Below, piece by piece: positions 14,875-24,505 of a stretch of DNA of 37,603 nucleotides. The first letter of the stretch is position 1; each line of letters begins with the position of its first letter. The position numbers and the translations under genes were made by a program. Source of the DNA: Peptococcaceae bacterium (GTDB lineage Bacteria; Bacillota; Peptococcia; DRI-13; UBA5745); NCBI GenBank assembly GCA_031264885.1, contig JAISDM010000081.1, forward strand, positions 1 to 37,603, given 5' to 3'. Below the pieces are notes generated by a model. It saw nothing but the letters and a program-made list of their open reading frames with translations, was not told the DNA's origin and did no database searches.

Positions 14875-16053
14875 ATGCGCGATGATCAAAATAAAAGCGA
14901 CCGATATGATTTTGACGCCGGACTTGATCGCCGCGGAACCAACTGCGTGAAATGGGATACCATTGAAGAAGGATATATTCCGATGTCTATCGCGGATATG
15001 GATTTTGGGACGCCGGCGCCGATTATAGAAGCGATCCGGCGCAGACTGGATCACCCCGCGTTCGGGTATGGCATCCGGAATACGGAGATGGTTGACGCGG
15101 TGATCGCGTGGTTTGGGCGTACATACGACTTTGAGCTGGACCGTTCCTGGATTGTTCCGCTGACCGGCATTTATTCCGCGCTCGCTTTCTTCTCCAGTCT
15201 GACGGACGGCGATGTGCTGACCGCGACGCCTAACTATCCGCCGATCCTCAGAGGGCCGGAACGTGTCGACCGCGCTTGCGTCTTTTCTCCTATGAAGAAG
15301 GCGGCGGAGACAAGGCTGGCGCGTTATGAGCTGGATTTCGAGGATCTTGAGCGTAAAGCCGCGGCGGATGTGGGCATGTATTCCATGTGCAGTCCGCATA
15401 ATCCCATCGGCCGGGTGTATACAAAAGAAGAACTGGAACGTTTGAGCGATTTTGCGCGCAAGCGGAAACTGGTTGTTCTGTCAGATGAAATACATAACGA
15501 ACTGATTTATGATCATCCGCATACGCCGTATTTGACGGTTGAGGGCGGGCTTGAATCCTCGGTGACGCTGATTTCCGCCGGGAAAACATGTAATATTCCC
15601 GGAATCCCCGCCGCGCTGGCCATTGTTCCGGACGAGGCGTTACGCGGGCGGGTCATCGCCGCCGCGTCCGGATTTGGCGGCGCCGGCGCGCTGAACACAG
15701 AGGCGCTGCGCGCGGCGTACGCGGAATGCGACGATTGGAAAAAGGCGCTTGTTTCCTATTTAAAAGAGAACCGAGATTATTTAGAAACCGAATTTCTGAG
15801 GCGCTTCCCAAAAATCCGGCTGACCCATACGGAAGGAACTTACTTGCAATGGGTGGATTTCAGCGGCTATGGCATTTCAAACGCCGCTCAATGGTTATTG
15901 GATCATCCAAAAATCGTGGCTCACGGCGGCAAAATGTTCGGCGGCGCGGAAAGCGAGGCGCGGATTAATTTTGGGTGTCCGCGTTCGCTCATTAAAGAAG
16001 CGCTGGACAGAATGGAGACGTCGCTGACGAGTTCTGAATTGAACGCGGTGTGA
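14875..16053 (+). CDS. patB: PatB/MalY-family PLP-dependent C-S lyase (cystathionine beta-lyase type, aminotransferase class I/II fold)
   Basis: The N-terminus YDFDAGLDRRGTNCVKWD is typical of MalY/PatB. The PLP-lysine motif is ISAGKTCNIPG. 392 aa. Confidence 0.8.
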   Translation: MRDDQNKSDRYDFDAGLDRRGTNCVKWDTIEEGYIPMSIADMDFGTPAPIIEAIRRRLDHPAFGYGIRNTEMVDAVIAWFGRTYDFELDRSWIVPLTGIYSALAFFSSLTDGDVLTATPNYPPILRGPERVDRACVFSPMKKAAETRLARYELDFEDLERKAAADVGMYSMCSPHNPIGRVYTKEELERLSDFARKRKLVVLSDEIHNELIYDHPHTPYLTVEGGLESSVTLISAGKTCNIPGIPAALAIVPDEALRGRVIAAASGFGGAGALNTEALRAAYAECDDWKKALVSYLKENRDYLETEFLRRFPKIRLTHTEGTYLQWVDFSGYGISNAAQWLLDHPKIVAHGGKMFGGAESEARINFGCPRSLIKEALDRMETSLTSSELNAV

Positions 16054-16081
16054 AAAAAGAAAAACCGGGAGGAGACTGACA

Positions 16082-18322
16082 ATGAGCGCGACAGATCAGC
16101 GTAATACGGCGGAGTTCCAGACATATAAGACCGGCGTGGTCGTGCCGGGTATCTGCGGAATTTGCGCGTCCAGCTGCCCGGTGGATCTGACCATACAGAA
16201 TCAGAAGATTGTGCGTGTGGAAGCGTCCAAAATACAGGGCGGAAGCGGGTATCTCTGCGCCAAAGGCGCGGCGGGGCGCGGCTATGTCTATCGCGAGGAT
16301 CGGCTCAAGACTCCGCTGAGACGCGTTGGAGCGCGTGGCGGGAACGCCTTTGAGCCCATCACATGGGACGAGGCTTACGCTGAGATCGCGGCAAAAACAG
16401 GCGCCATAAAATCAGCTTACGGCCCGGACAGTGTGGCTTTTTACACGGGTTATTCCAAATGGTACCGGCCTTTGCTGCACCGGCTGGCGCACAGCTTTGG
16501 CACGCTCAATTACGGCACCGAGTCCTCTAGCTGTCACCAGGCGTCTGTCATGGCTAACCTGGTCAGCGCGGGCGTCTATTGCCGGCCGGATGTGGCGAAC
16601 GCGGAGCTTTTGATCGCCTGGGGCGTAAATCCCTTCCACAGTGGGAATTTTTCCGGTGAGATGATGGAAATTCAGAAGGAAAAAGGGCTGCGCGTGCTGT
16701 GTGTGGATCCGCGGGTGACGCCGTATACGCAGCAGTACGCTGATATTCATCTGCGCCCGAAGCCTGGAACGGACGGCGCGCTGGCTCATTTTTTCGCGAA
16801 ATATTTGATCCGCGCGAAAAAAACCGACGCTGAATTTATTGAGAGGTACGTTCACGGTTATCCGCAATACGCGGAATATGTCGAAGCTTTTGACATTGCT
16901 TCCGTGTCCCGCGTTACGGGCATATCCGAGAAGGAACTGCGGGCCGCCGCTCAGCTTATCGCCAGACACAGCCGGCGCTTTACGATACAGGTGAGCCAGG
17001 CCGCGATCACGCATCATATCAACGGGTTTCAATCCTATCGCGCGATCATCGCCTTATGCGCCATTACGGGAAATGTGGATCGGGAAGGCGGGCTGATTCC
17101 GATGGAGTATCCCGGGAAGGACGACCGGCTGAACAAGCCGCGCCTTTTAACAGAGGAATTTATTCAGCAAACCCGGCCCGATCACGCCAAACCGAAGATC
17201 GGTTCCGAGCGGTTCCCCCTTTGGTCGGAACTGATCGATGAATTTCAGGCGATGGATCTTTGGCGCAATATTTTGGAAGGAACACCCTATCCCATTAAGG
17301 CGGTCATCGCCTTTGGAATGAACGTTCACATGTTTCCGGGAAACGCCAAACTCTTTGAAGCCTTGAGCGCGTTGGACTTCTATGTGGATGTGGATATTTT
17401 TGACACGGATTCGGCAAAATACGCGGATATCATTCTGCCCGCGTGTTCTCCCTATGAGCGCACCGAGCTTATCGGCGCCATGGGCGGCGGCATACGTTAT
17501 TCCCAGCCCGCGATTCCTCCGCTGTACGAATCCCGTTCGGACGCGGACATCATCAGTCAGTTGGCGGCGGCGTTCGATTTGGACGATCCTTTGCTGAGAA
17601 GAGGCTATGACGCTTGCAGCCGTTCTATGCTGCGGGAAATCGGACTTACAATGGACGATTTGAAGGAATCTCCCGCCGCGCGGCGGATTCCGGGTAAACT
17701 GCCATATTTCACGGGTCATTGCCTGCGGAACGGGTTTGATACGCCGACCGGCAAGTACGAGTTGTATTCGGAACGTATCGCGAAATATCAGGATCGGTAT
17801 CCGTATGATCCGCTGCCGGTATTTGTGCCGCCGATTGAGGCGGAGGACGAAGGGGATGAACGGTTTCCGCTGACGCTGACAGTGGGCGGCAGGCTGCCTC
17901 ACGCGTTCCACTCCCGTTTCCACAATGTACGCTGGGCAAGAGCGCTGCGACCGGACGCAGCCGCGGATATTCATCCGGGCGACGCCGGAAGAATGGGGAT
18001 CCAACAGGGCGATTCTATCGCCATAGCCACAGCAAACGGGGAGATTACCGCCAAAGCCAATCTGACATGGATGGTTCCGGAAGGGTCTGTCTTTATGTTC
18101 CAGGGTTATGTGGAGGCGGACGCCAACGCGATTCTGGGAGCGGAACATCTGGATCCTTATTCCGGATTCCCGGGATACCGTTCCAACAAGTGCGCGGTCA
18201 GAAAGATAAACGCCGTGGCGCCGGTCAAAATTACAAAGGCCGCGAAACCGGTCAAGTTGGCCAAAGCGGCCGGAATCGCAAAGGAGCCGCGAAAGGAATT
18301 GGAGGTGAGCGTCCGAAAATGA
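16082..18322 (+). CDS. Molybdopterin (Mo/W-bisPGD, DMSO-reductase superfamily) oxidoreductase catalytic subunit, cytoplasmic
   Basis: 746 aa. The N-terminal FS0 cluster motif is CGICASSCPV...YLCAKG. There is no twin-arginine or signal sequence. The domain order is typical of the family. The C-terminus is a Lys/Ala-rich tail. Confidence 0.8.
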   Translation: MSATDQRNTAEFQTYKTGVVVPGICGICASSCPVDLTIQNQKIVRVEASKIQGGSGYLCAKGAAGRGYVYREDRLKTPLRRVGARGGNAFEPITWDEAYAEIAAKTGAIKSAYGPDSVAFYTGYSKWYRPLLHRLAHSFGTLNYGTESSSCHQASVMANLVSAGVYCRPDVANAELLIAWGVNPFHSGNFSGEMMEIQKEKGLRVLCVDPRVTPYTQQYADIHLRPKPGTDGALAHFFAKYLIRAKKTDAEFIERYVHGYPQYAEYVEAFDIASVSRVTGISEKELRAAAQLIARHSRRFTIQVSQAAITHHINGFQSYRAIIALCAITGNVDREGGLIPMEYPGKDDRLNKPRLLTEEFIQQTRPDHAKPKIGSERFPLWSELIDEFQAMDLWRNILEGTPYPIKAVIAFGMNVHMFPGNAKLFEALSALDFYVDVDIFDTDSAKYADIILPACSPYERTELIGAMGGGIRYSQPAIPPLYESRSDADIISQLAAAFDLDDPLLRRGYDACSRSMLREIGLTMDDLKESPAARRIPGKLPYFTGHCLRNGFDTPTGKYELYSERIAKYQDRYPYDPLPVFVPPIEAEDEGDERFPLTLTVGGRLPHAFHSRFHNVRWARALRPDAAADIHPGDAGRMGIQQGDSIAIATANGEITAKANLTWMVPEGSVFMFQGYVEADANAILGAEHLDPYSGFPGYRSNKCAVRKINAVAPVKITKAAKPVKLAKAAGIAKEPRKELEVSVRK

Positions 18323-18828
18323 GTGAAAGAGTCATAGCGTTTAATTTTCATCCTGAATTGTGCGTTGGCTGCGGGCGATGTATCACCACTTGTCTGGATG
18401 TCAATGATATTGACCTGGACAAGTTTTTGCCGCTTCGAACATTGACTGTCAAGGAGTCCATACGTGACGGCGGTAAGATCCGGATTGAATACTACACCGC
18501 GGCGTGTATGCACTGTGAAGATATGCCCTGTGCCAAAGCGTGCCCTCAAGGCTGTTACCGAAAAGACGCGCGGACGGGACTTGTGATTCTTGATAATTCG
18601 GAATGCGCCGGATGCGGCAAATGCGCCGCCGTCTGCCCTTTTTCCGCCATTAAGTTTTGTGAGCGCAAGGCGGTCAAGTGTACGGGCTGTATTGACCGGG
18701 TGCGGGAGAACTTACTCCCGGCTTGTGTCGCGTGCTGCTCCAGAAAGGCCATTACCGTGGACGAACGGAATCTGGTACTGCGGAAAGGCCGCAGACAATT
18801 GAAACAGGCTTTAAGAGCCAGGGCTTAG
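18319..18828 (+). CDS. 4Fe-4S ferredoxin-type electron-transfer subunit (DmsB/PsrB-like)
   Basis: The ATG at 18319 overlaps the upstream TGA (ATGA), and GGAGGTGAG lies at 18301. Four Cys groups are present: CVGCGRCITTC, CMHCEDMPCAKAC, CAGCGKCAAVC and CTGC...CVACC. The ORF-track start at 18067 lies inside the previous gene. Confidence 0.85.
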   Translation: MSERVIAFNFHPELCVGCGRCITTCLDVNDIDLDKFLPLRTLTVKESIRDGGKIRIEYYTAACMHCEDMPCAKACPQGCYRKDARTGLVILDNSECAGCGKCAAVCPFSAIKFCERKAVKCTGCIDRVRENLLPACVACCSRKAITVDERNLVLRKGRRQLKQALRARA

Positions 18829-18862
18829 GAGAACAAGAAAAAACCAGGAAGGATTTGTAAAT

Positions 18863-20563
18863 ATGAAAAAAATATTTTATAATAGGAAATCATTATCATT
18901 AACGCTTATAACCTTTTTATTTTTCAGCCTTGCGGCTGCTTGCGGCGGAAGAGCCGCAGAACCGGCGGATTCTCAGGGAAGTACGGCGGCGTCGGGCGAA
19001 CCGGCGTCCGGCATAGACGAAGTTTCGGATAATGAAGAAGTGGTTTTGAATGTAAACGTAACGGCAGAACCCACCAGCTTTGACCCGAACGCGGGTATCG
19101 GAGACACGCTGATGTTTACGAACGGGCATTTATATGAAGCGGTGACACGCCTTGATGATAACGATAATCCCGTCCCCGGCATGGCTCTGGACTGGACGGT
19201 TTCCGACGACGGACTGACCTATGAGTTCACCATTCGCGGCGACAACGGCTGGTCGAATGGGGCTAAAGCGACAGCCGCCGACTTTGAGTATGGCATAAAG
19301 CGTATTTTATCTCATCAGATCGGCGAAAATTGGGCGTTCCTTGTTTTTGATATTAAGAACGCGGCGGCCGCTTTTTCGGGTGATGTCCCTCTTGACGAAG
19401 TGGGGATTAAAGCCGACGGAAACAAGCTGACAATCACACTTGAGCATCCCGAAGCGTATTTCCCGAGATTATTGACATTCGCGCCTTATTTCGGCGTGAA
19501 TCAGGAGTTTGTGGAAAGCACAAATGGCAGATACGGAACGGAGGCGGCGTTAACCATTTCCAGCGGTCCGTATTATGTTGATTCCTGGGAGCATGATAAT
19601 CTGATCGTTCTCCGCAAAAATCCCTATTATTGGAACAAGGACAACATCAAAATCGATAAAATTAATATCTATGTCATCGGCGACGAAAATACGGCAATTA
19701 ATCTGTTCCAGACAGGCGAGCTGGACATCATTGATTTTTCAGGCGAGAAAAAAAATATAGTCGAGGCTAACGGCGGCAATGTTCAGACTTATCAGAACGG
19801 CAGAAGCGTGTACTTGCAGGCTAATTTAAGAAACGCTGTAAGCGGCAACAAGAAAATACGTCAGGCGATTTCCTCCGCGATTGACCGCGAGTTGTTCGTG
19901 ACGGGCGTTTTGAAAGACGCGTCATCGCCCGCGGAAGGCTTGGTTGCCGGAGGGATCGCGTCAGGCGTGCCAAGCAGAACGTTCCGCGATTTGACAGGCA
20001 AGACGCTCGTATATGATTATGACCCTGACAGGGCTCAGGCGTTATTCGGCGAAGGATTGGCGGAGCTGGGAATAACCGCGGCGGACATTGAGTTAAGATT
20101 GATCTCCCGCAATTCGGAACCTTATATGAAGGCGACGGCCGCTTTACAGGAAATGCTTCAGAATACCTTCGGCATTAAAATAAACGCCGAATCGCTGGAA
20201 TCGACCTCTTACACAGCGACGAGAAGCGACATGAATTATGATTTCTGTCTCGTGAGCTGGGGCGCGGATTGGGATGATCCTACGACATTCCTGTATGAAG
20301 GCGTTTTAGGCGATTATGTTAACCCGCAATATGCCGACAGTTCCGCTTATTTAAAAGCGCTTCACGATGCGGAAACGATCCGCGATCCGCTGGAGCGGGC
20401 CGAATCTCTCGCCGACGCGGAAAGAGCGATACTCGAGGATACCCCTTTGATTCCGATTTGGTCGGAAGCGAGATTCTACGCCGTCGCGGACAAAGTGAGA
20501 GGTACACACAGAAGGGCAATCGTACCATATCTTGATATTGTGAAAGCGGAAATAGTCAAATGA
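18863..20563 (+). CDS. ABC transporter substrate-binding lipoprotein, family 5 (peptide/nickel/glutathione type, OppA/DppA/GsiB-like)
   Basis: Lipobox LAAAC. 566 aa. Family-5 pattern (LDWTVSDDGLTYEFTIR, NPYYW). Confidence 0.85.
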   Translation: MKKIFYNRKSLSLTLITFLFFSLAAACGGRAAEPADSQGSTAASGEPASGIDEVSDNEEVVLNVNVTAEPTSFDPNAGIGDTLMFTNGHLYEAVTRLDDNDNPVPGMALDWTVSDDGLTYEFTIRGDNGWSNGAKATAADFEYGIKRILSHQIGENWAFLVFDIKNAAAAFSGDVPLDEVGIKADGNKLTITLEHPEAYFPRLLTFAPYFGVNQEFVESTNGRYGTEAALTISSGPYYVDSWEHDNLIVLRKNPYYWNKDNIKIDKINIYVIGDENTAINLFQTGELDIIDFSGEKKNIVEANGGNVQTYQNGRSVYLQANLRNAVSGNKKIRQAISSAIDRELFVTGVLKDASSPAEGLVAGGIASGVPSRTFRDLTGKTLVYDYDPDRAQALFGEGLAELGITAADIELRLISRNSEPYMKATAALQEMLQNTFGIKINAESLESTSYTATRSDMNYDFCLVSWGADWDDPTTFLYEGVLGDYVNPQYADSSAYLKALHDAETIRDPLERAESLADAERAILEDTPLIPIWSEARFYAVADKVRGTHRRAIVPYLDIVKAEIVK

Positions 20564-21528
20564 TGCTCAATTATGTCATAAGGCGTGTGGGGATTTCTCT
20601 GCTCACAATTTTTGTCATAATAACTGTGACGTTTTTCCTGATGTACATGCTGCCCGGCACGCCCTTCCTCGGCGACAGACCCTTGCCGGAGGCCGTAGTC
20701 GCCGCAGCGAACGCGAAATATGGTTTGGATAAGCCGATCGCGGAGCGTTACATCATATATTTGTCCAATATAATCCACGGGGATTTCGGAACCTCAACCG
20801 TATACACAAACAGGGATGTGACAAGCATTATCAAGACCGCTTTCCCCGTTTCCGCGAGTCTCGGAATACGCGCGTTAATTTTCGGAGTGACCGGAGGAAT
20901 ACTCTTAGGTATATACAGCGCGCTTCACCATAATAAATTAGGGGACAGCGTATCTACAGTAGTCGCCATTATCGGCGTATCAATACCGAGCTTTATTTTG
21001 GGGACGATGCTGCAATACGCTCTGGGCGTAAAAGTCAGCGGTCTTTTTAAAGATATTTTCAACACTGATTACCAGCTTTTTCCCTTAGCGCGGTGGGAAA
21101 GTTTCCGCTACACGCTCATTCCTACCTTTGTGTTGGGTTTGGGTTCGCTGGCGGGCGTCATGCGAATGATGCGTTCCTCCATGCTGGAGGTCGTAAATCA
21201 GGATTATATTAAAACAGCGAAGTCCAAAGGGCTGGGCGGAACCGCGATCACATGGCGGCATATGGCGCGCAACGCGATCATGCCCGTATACACTGTCGTC
21301 GGTACGATGACGGGTGTGATACTAACCGGCTCTTTTGTTATCGAAAACATTTTTAGTATTCCCGGACTCGGCAAGTATTTTGTCAATAGCGTCAGTTCCC
21401 GGGATTACCCGATGACAATAGGGCTTACCCTGTTTTTCGCGATTTTCATAGTTTTCGTCAATATGTTCATCGACTTGGGCTACGGTCTGATCGACCCCCG
21501 GATTCGCATAGCAAAGGGAGAAAAATAA
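20560..21528 (+). CDS. Peptide ABC transporter permease (OppB/DppB-like)
   Basis: The N-terminus MLNYVIRR and the EAA loop (YIKTAKSKGL) match the family. It overlaps the upstream stop (ATGA). Confidence 0.85.
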   Translation: MMLNYVIRRVGISLLTIFVIITVTFFLMYMLPGTPFLGDRPLPEAVVAAANAKYGLDKPIAERYIIYLSNIIHGDFGTSTVYTNRDVTSIIKTAFPVSASLGIRALIFGVTGGILLGIYSALHHNKLGDSVSTVVAIIGVSIPSFILGTMLQYALGVKVSGLFKDIFNTDYQLFPLARWESFRYTLIPTFVLGLGSLAGVMRMMRSSMLEVVNQDYIKTAKSKGLGGTAITWRHMARNAIMPVYTVVGTMTGVILTGSFVIENIFSIPGLGKYFVNSVSSRDYPMTIGLTLFFAIFIVFVNMFIDLGYGLIDPRIRIAKGEK

Positions 21529-21529
21529 T

Positions 21530-22432
21530 ATGGCGGATTTTACCCCTATCCCGAAAAATATTGAAGAGTCCAACCGGTCCGTGAGAGTGTTCGTCAGCTA
21601 TGGCAAAGACGCGTGGAATCGTCTGAAAAAAAATAAGGTCGCCGTCGCGTCTCTCGTGTTTATTATTTTTGTAATATTGTTCGGTTTCGCGGGTTCGGTT
21701 TTTTTCCCGAATTACACCAAACAAAATTTATTGAACACCTTCGCGCCTCCGGGTTCTCCCGGCGCGCCTTTAGGTACCGATGAGCTCGGGCGCGACCTTC
21801 TGTCGCGGCTCGTGAGAGGAACCAAAATATCCATTTCCATAGGGCTTACTGTGGCTACGATCAATATTATTATCGGTTCGGTATACGGCGGGATTGCCGG
21901 TTATTTTGGCGGGGCGGCCGACATGATCATGATGCGTATTGTCGATATCGTTATATCCATACCTGAAATGATTATTTTAATTTTATTGCTTACCATAATT
22001 TCAAAAGGGATGCCGACACTTATTTTAGCGTTATGTCTTACGGGTTGGACAGGAACGGCGAGGTTGGTGCGGGGTCAGGTACTCCAACTGCGGGAGCAGG
22101 AATATATACTGTCGGCGCGAGTGCTGGGCGCGGGTAAATTCTTTATTATTTTAAGACATCTGCTTCCGAACGCGATAGATCCCATAATCGTGCGTTTCGC
22201 GATGAGTATCCCGGGCGTGATTTTTGCCGAGGCGTTCTTGAGTTATATTGGTCTTGGCGTATCGATACCCGACGCGAGCTGGGGAAATTTGGCTCAGGTC
22301 GGCTCGAATCAATTCCCGAATTATTTATGGCTGTTTTTCATGCCCGCGACACTGTTCAGTTTAACGATGCTCGCTTTTAATCTTTTGGGCGACGGTCTGC
22401 GCGACGCGCTTGACCCTAAGCAGAGGTGGTAA
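21530..22432 (+). CDS. Peptide ABC transporter permease (OppC/DppC-like)
   Basis: PLGTDELGRDLLSRL motif and the EAA loop EYILSARVLGAG. 300 aa. Confidence 0.85.
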   Translation: MADFTPIPKNIEESNRSVRVFVSYGKDAWNRLKKNKVAVASLVFIIFVILFGFAGSVFFPNYTKQNLLNTFAPPGSPGAPLGTDELGRDLLSRLVRGTKISISIGLTVATINIIIGSVYGGIAGYFGGAADMIMMRIVDIVISIPEMIILILLLTIISKGMPTLILALCLTGWTGTARLVRGQVLQLREQEYILSARVLGAGKFFIILRHLLPNAIDPIIVRFAMSIPGVIFAEAFLSYIGLGVSIPDASWGNLAQVGSNQFPNYLWLFFMPATLFSLTMLAFNLLGDGLRDALDPKQRW

Positions 22433-22436
22433 CACG

Positions 22437-23480
22437 ATGGGCGATCATATGCTCGAAATTAAAGATTTACGCGTCTCCTTCCATACATATGCCGGGGAGG
22501 TTCAAGCTCTCGGCGGCATAAATTTCACCGTTGGGCAAAGTGAGATTCTTGCCGTCGTCGGTGAGTCAGGCTGCGGAAAATCCGTGACCGCTCAAAGTAT
22601 TTTGCGGCTGCACAATAAAGATACCATTGATTATAAACAAGGGGAAATCCTGTACAAGGGCCGTGATCTTCTCGCCCTTTCCGAAAAAGAGATGCAAAAA
22701 ATACGCGGACGGGAAATAAGCATGATTTTTCAGGATCCTATGACTTCGCTTAACCCGACGCTGACAATCGGCAAACAGATCACGGAAGCAATTTTGAAAC
22801 ATAGCGATAAAGAAGGAAATTCAACGAACCAAAGAGAAGCAAATAAACAAGCTGCCGGGTTAATCCGTTCCGTCGGTATAGCGAACCCAGATTTGCGGTT
22901 AAAACAATATCCCCATGAATTGTCGGGAGGTATGCGTCAGCGAATCATGATCGCTATAGCTATGTCATGCTCACCTGAAATTTTAATCGCCGACGAGCCG
23001 ACTACGGCTCTTGACGTGACGGTGCAGGCGCAGATTTTGGATTTGATGAAAGCATTGCAGATAAAAAGCGGCGCGTCCATTGTCATTATTACGCATAACA
23101 TGGGTGTCGTCGCTAATATCGCCCAAAAGGTGATCATAATGTATGGCGGCGTTGTTGTTGAAAAAGGAACGTCGGGGGACATTTTCTACCGCCCGAAGCA
23201 CCCATATACATGGGGATTGTTAAAGTCTATTTTCCGGCTAAACAAGGACAAAAACGAACCGCTTATTCCGATTGACGGGATACCGCCCGATTTGCTCGCG
23301 CCGCCAAAGGGATGCCCGTTCGCGCCGCGGTGCGATTACGCGATGAAAGTTTGCCGCGAACAAATGCCCCGGGAATATAGTTTCGGATCGGCTCATACTT
23401 GCGACTGCTGGTTATCCGACGAGAATTGTCCGCTTGAGGTAAAGGATTGGAGGAATGGTGATGTCAAATATAAACAGTAA
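22437..23480 (+). CDS. Peptide ABC transporter ATPase (OppD/DppD-like)
   Basis: Walker A GESGCGKS, signature LSGGMRQR, and a C-terminal oligopeptide-type Cys motif. I chose the ATG at 22437 (GAGGTGG 6 nt upstream) over the ORF start at 22410. Confidence 0.85.
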   Translation: MGDHMLEIKDLRVSFHTYAGEVQALGGINFTVGQSEILAVVGESGCGKSVTAQSILRLHNKDTIDYKQGEILYKGRDLLALSEKEMQKIRGREISMIFQDPMTSLNPTLTIGKQITEAILKHSDKEGNSTNQREANKQAAGLIRSVGIANPDLRLKQYPHELSGGMRQRIMIAIAMSCSPEILIADEPTTALDVTVQAQILDLMKALQIKSGASIVIITHNMGVVANIAQKVIIMYGGVVVEKGTSGDIFYRPKHPYTWGLLKSIFRLNKDKNEPLIPIDGIPPDLLAPPKGCPFAPRCDYAMKVCREQMPREYSFGSAHTCDCWLSDENCPLEVKDWRNGDVKYKQ

Positions 23481-24477
23481 TACGGACGTTAACCATTCCA
23501 ACCCGCTGCTTGAAGTCCGCAGCTTAAAAAAGTATTTCAAGGTCGGCAGACGCCAATTCCTTAAAGCTGTCGACGGTATTACATTTCATATTTATCAGGG
23601 CGAAACGTTCGGGCTTGTCGGCGAGTCAGGCTGCGGAAAAAGCACAACCGGCCGCGCTATCGCGAGGCTTTACAGTTTAACCGGCGGTGAAATTCTTTAT
23701 GACGGCATGGATATAAGCAAATTTAAGGGCAAGGCGGCGACGCGATACGCGTTCGACGTACAGATGGTTTTTCAAGACCCTTACGCGTCGCTTGATCCGC
23801 GTATGACGGTTGAAAGTATTGTCGCGGAGGGGATGAAGATTCACCGCATGTATAACAGCGAACAAACCCGCGCTAAAGTTTATGAGCTTTTGGAAAAAGT
23901 CGGGTTAAACAAGGAACACGCCGCGCGCTTTCCCCATGAGTTCTCCGGCGGGCAGCGCCAGCGTATCGGGATTGCGCGGGCTTTAGCGGTTAATCCGAAA
24001 TTTTTGGTTTGTGACGAGCCCGTTTCCGCTCTCGATGTTTCGATACAAGCGCAGATTATTAATCTTTTGCGCGATTTACAAAGGGAATTTAATCTTACTT
24101 ATCTGTTTATCGCGCATGATTTGTCGCTTGTCAAGTATCTTTCCGACAGAATCGGCGTGATGTACCTTGGCTCGCTCCTGGAAGTCGCGCCGGCGGAGGA
24201 ATTGTATAAAAACCCGCTTCATCCATATACCCGCGCTCTTCTTTCGGCGATTCCTGTTCCCGATCCGGCTGAAGAGAGCGAACGAACACGTATTTTGTTA
24301 CAAGGTGATGTACAAAGCCCGATAAACACACCTGAGCAATGTAAATTTTACTCCCGATGCAAATACGCCGAAGCCCGCTGCCGTGAACGCATTCCGCCGC
24401 TTGTGGAAACGACTGAAGGACATTGGATCGCGTGCGCTTTGAATAAAGAATTAAATACGGACGCTTACGCAATATAA
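23455..24477 (+). CDS. Peptide ABC transporter ATPase (OppF/DppF-like)
   Basis: Walker A GESGCGKST, signature FSGGQRQR, Walker B LVCDEPVSALD. The start is either ATG 23455 or ATG 23461. Confidence 0.85.
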   Translation: MVMSNINSNTDVNHSNPLLEVRSLKKYFKVGRRQFLKAVDGITFHIYQGETFGLVGESGCGKSTTGRAIARLYSLTGGEILYDGMDISKFKGKAATRYAFDVQMVFQDPYASLDPRMTVESIVAEGMKIHRMYNSEQTRAKVYELLEKVGLNKEHAARFPHEFSGGQRQRIGIARALAVNPKFLVCDEPVSALDVSIQAQIINLLRDLQREFNLTYLFIAHDLSLVKYLSDRIGVMYLGSLLEVAPAEELYKNPLHPYTRALLSAIPVPDPAEESERTRILLQGDVQSPINTPEQCKFYSRCKYAEARCRERIPPLVETTEGHWIACALNKELNTDAYAI

Positions 24478-24505
24478 AGTGTCCTGACGGAAAGGCGGAT
24501 AAATT

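Noticed and set aside
16412-18148. Antisense ORFs 16412..17032 and 17147..18148 inside the Mo-enzyme gene
   Set aside because: They are shadow ORFs of a 746-aa gene with clear family motifs.
18067-18318. 84-codon N-terminal extension of the ferredoxin-like subunit
   Set aside because: The extension lies entirely within the Mo-enzyme coding region in another frame. The ATG at 18319 has GGAGGTGAG upstream and an ATGA stop/start overlap.
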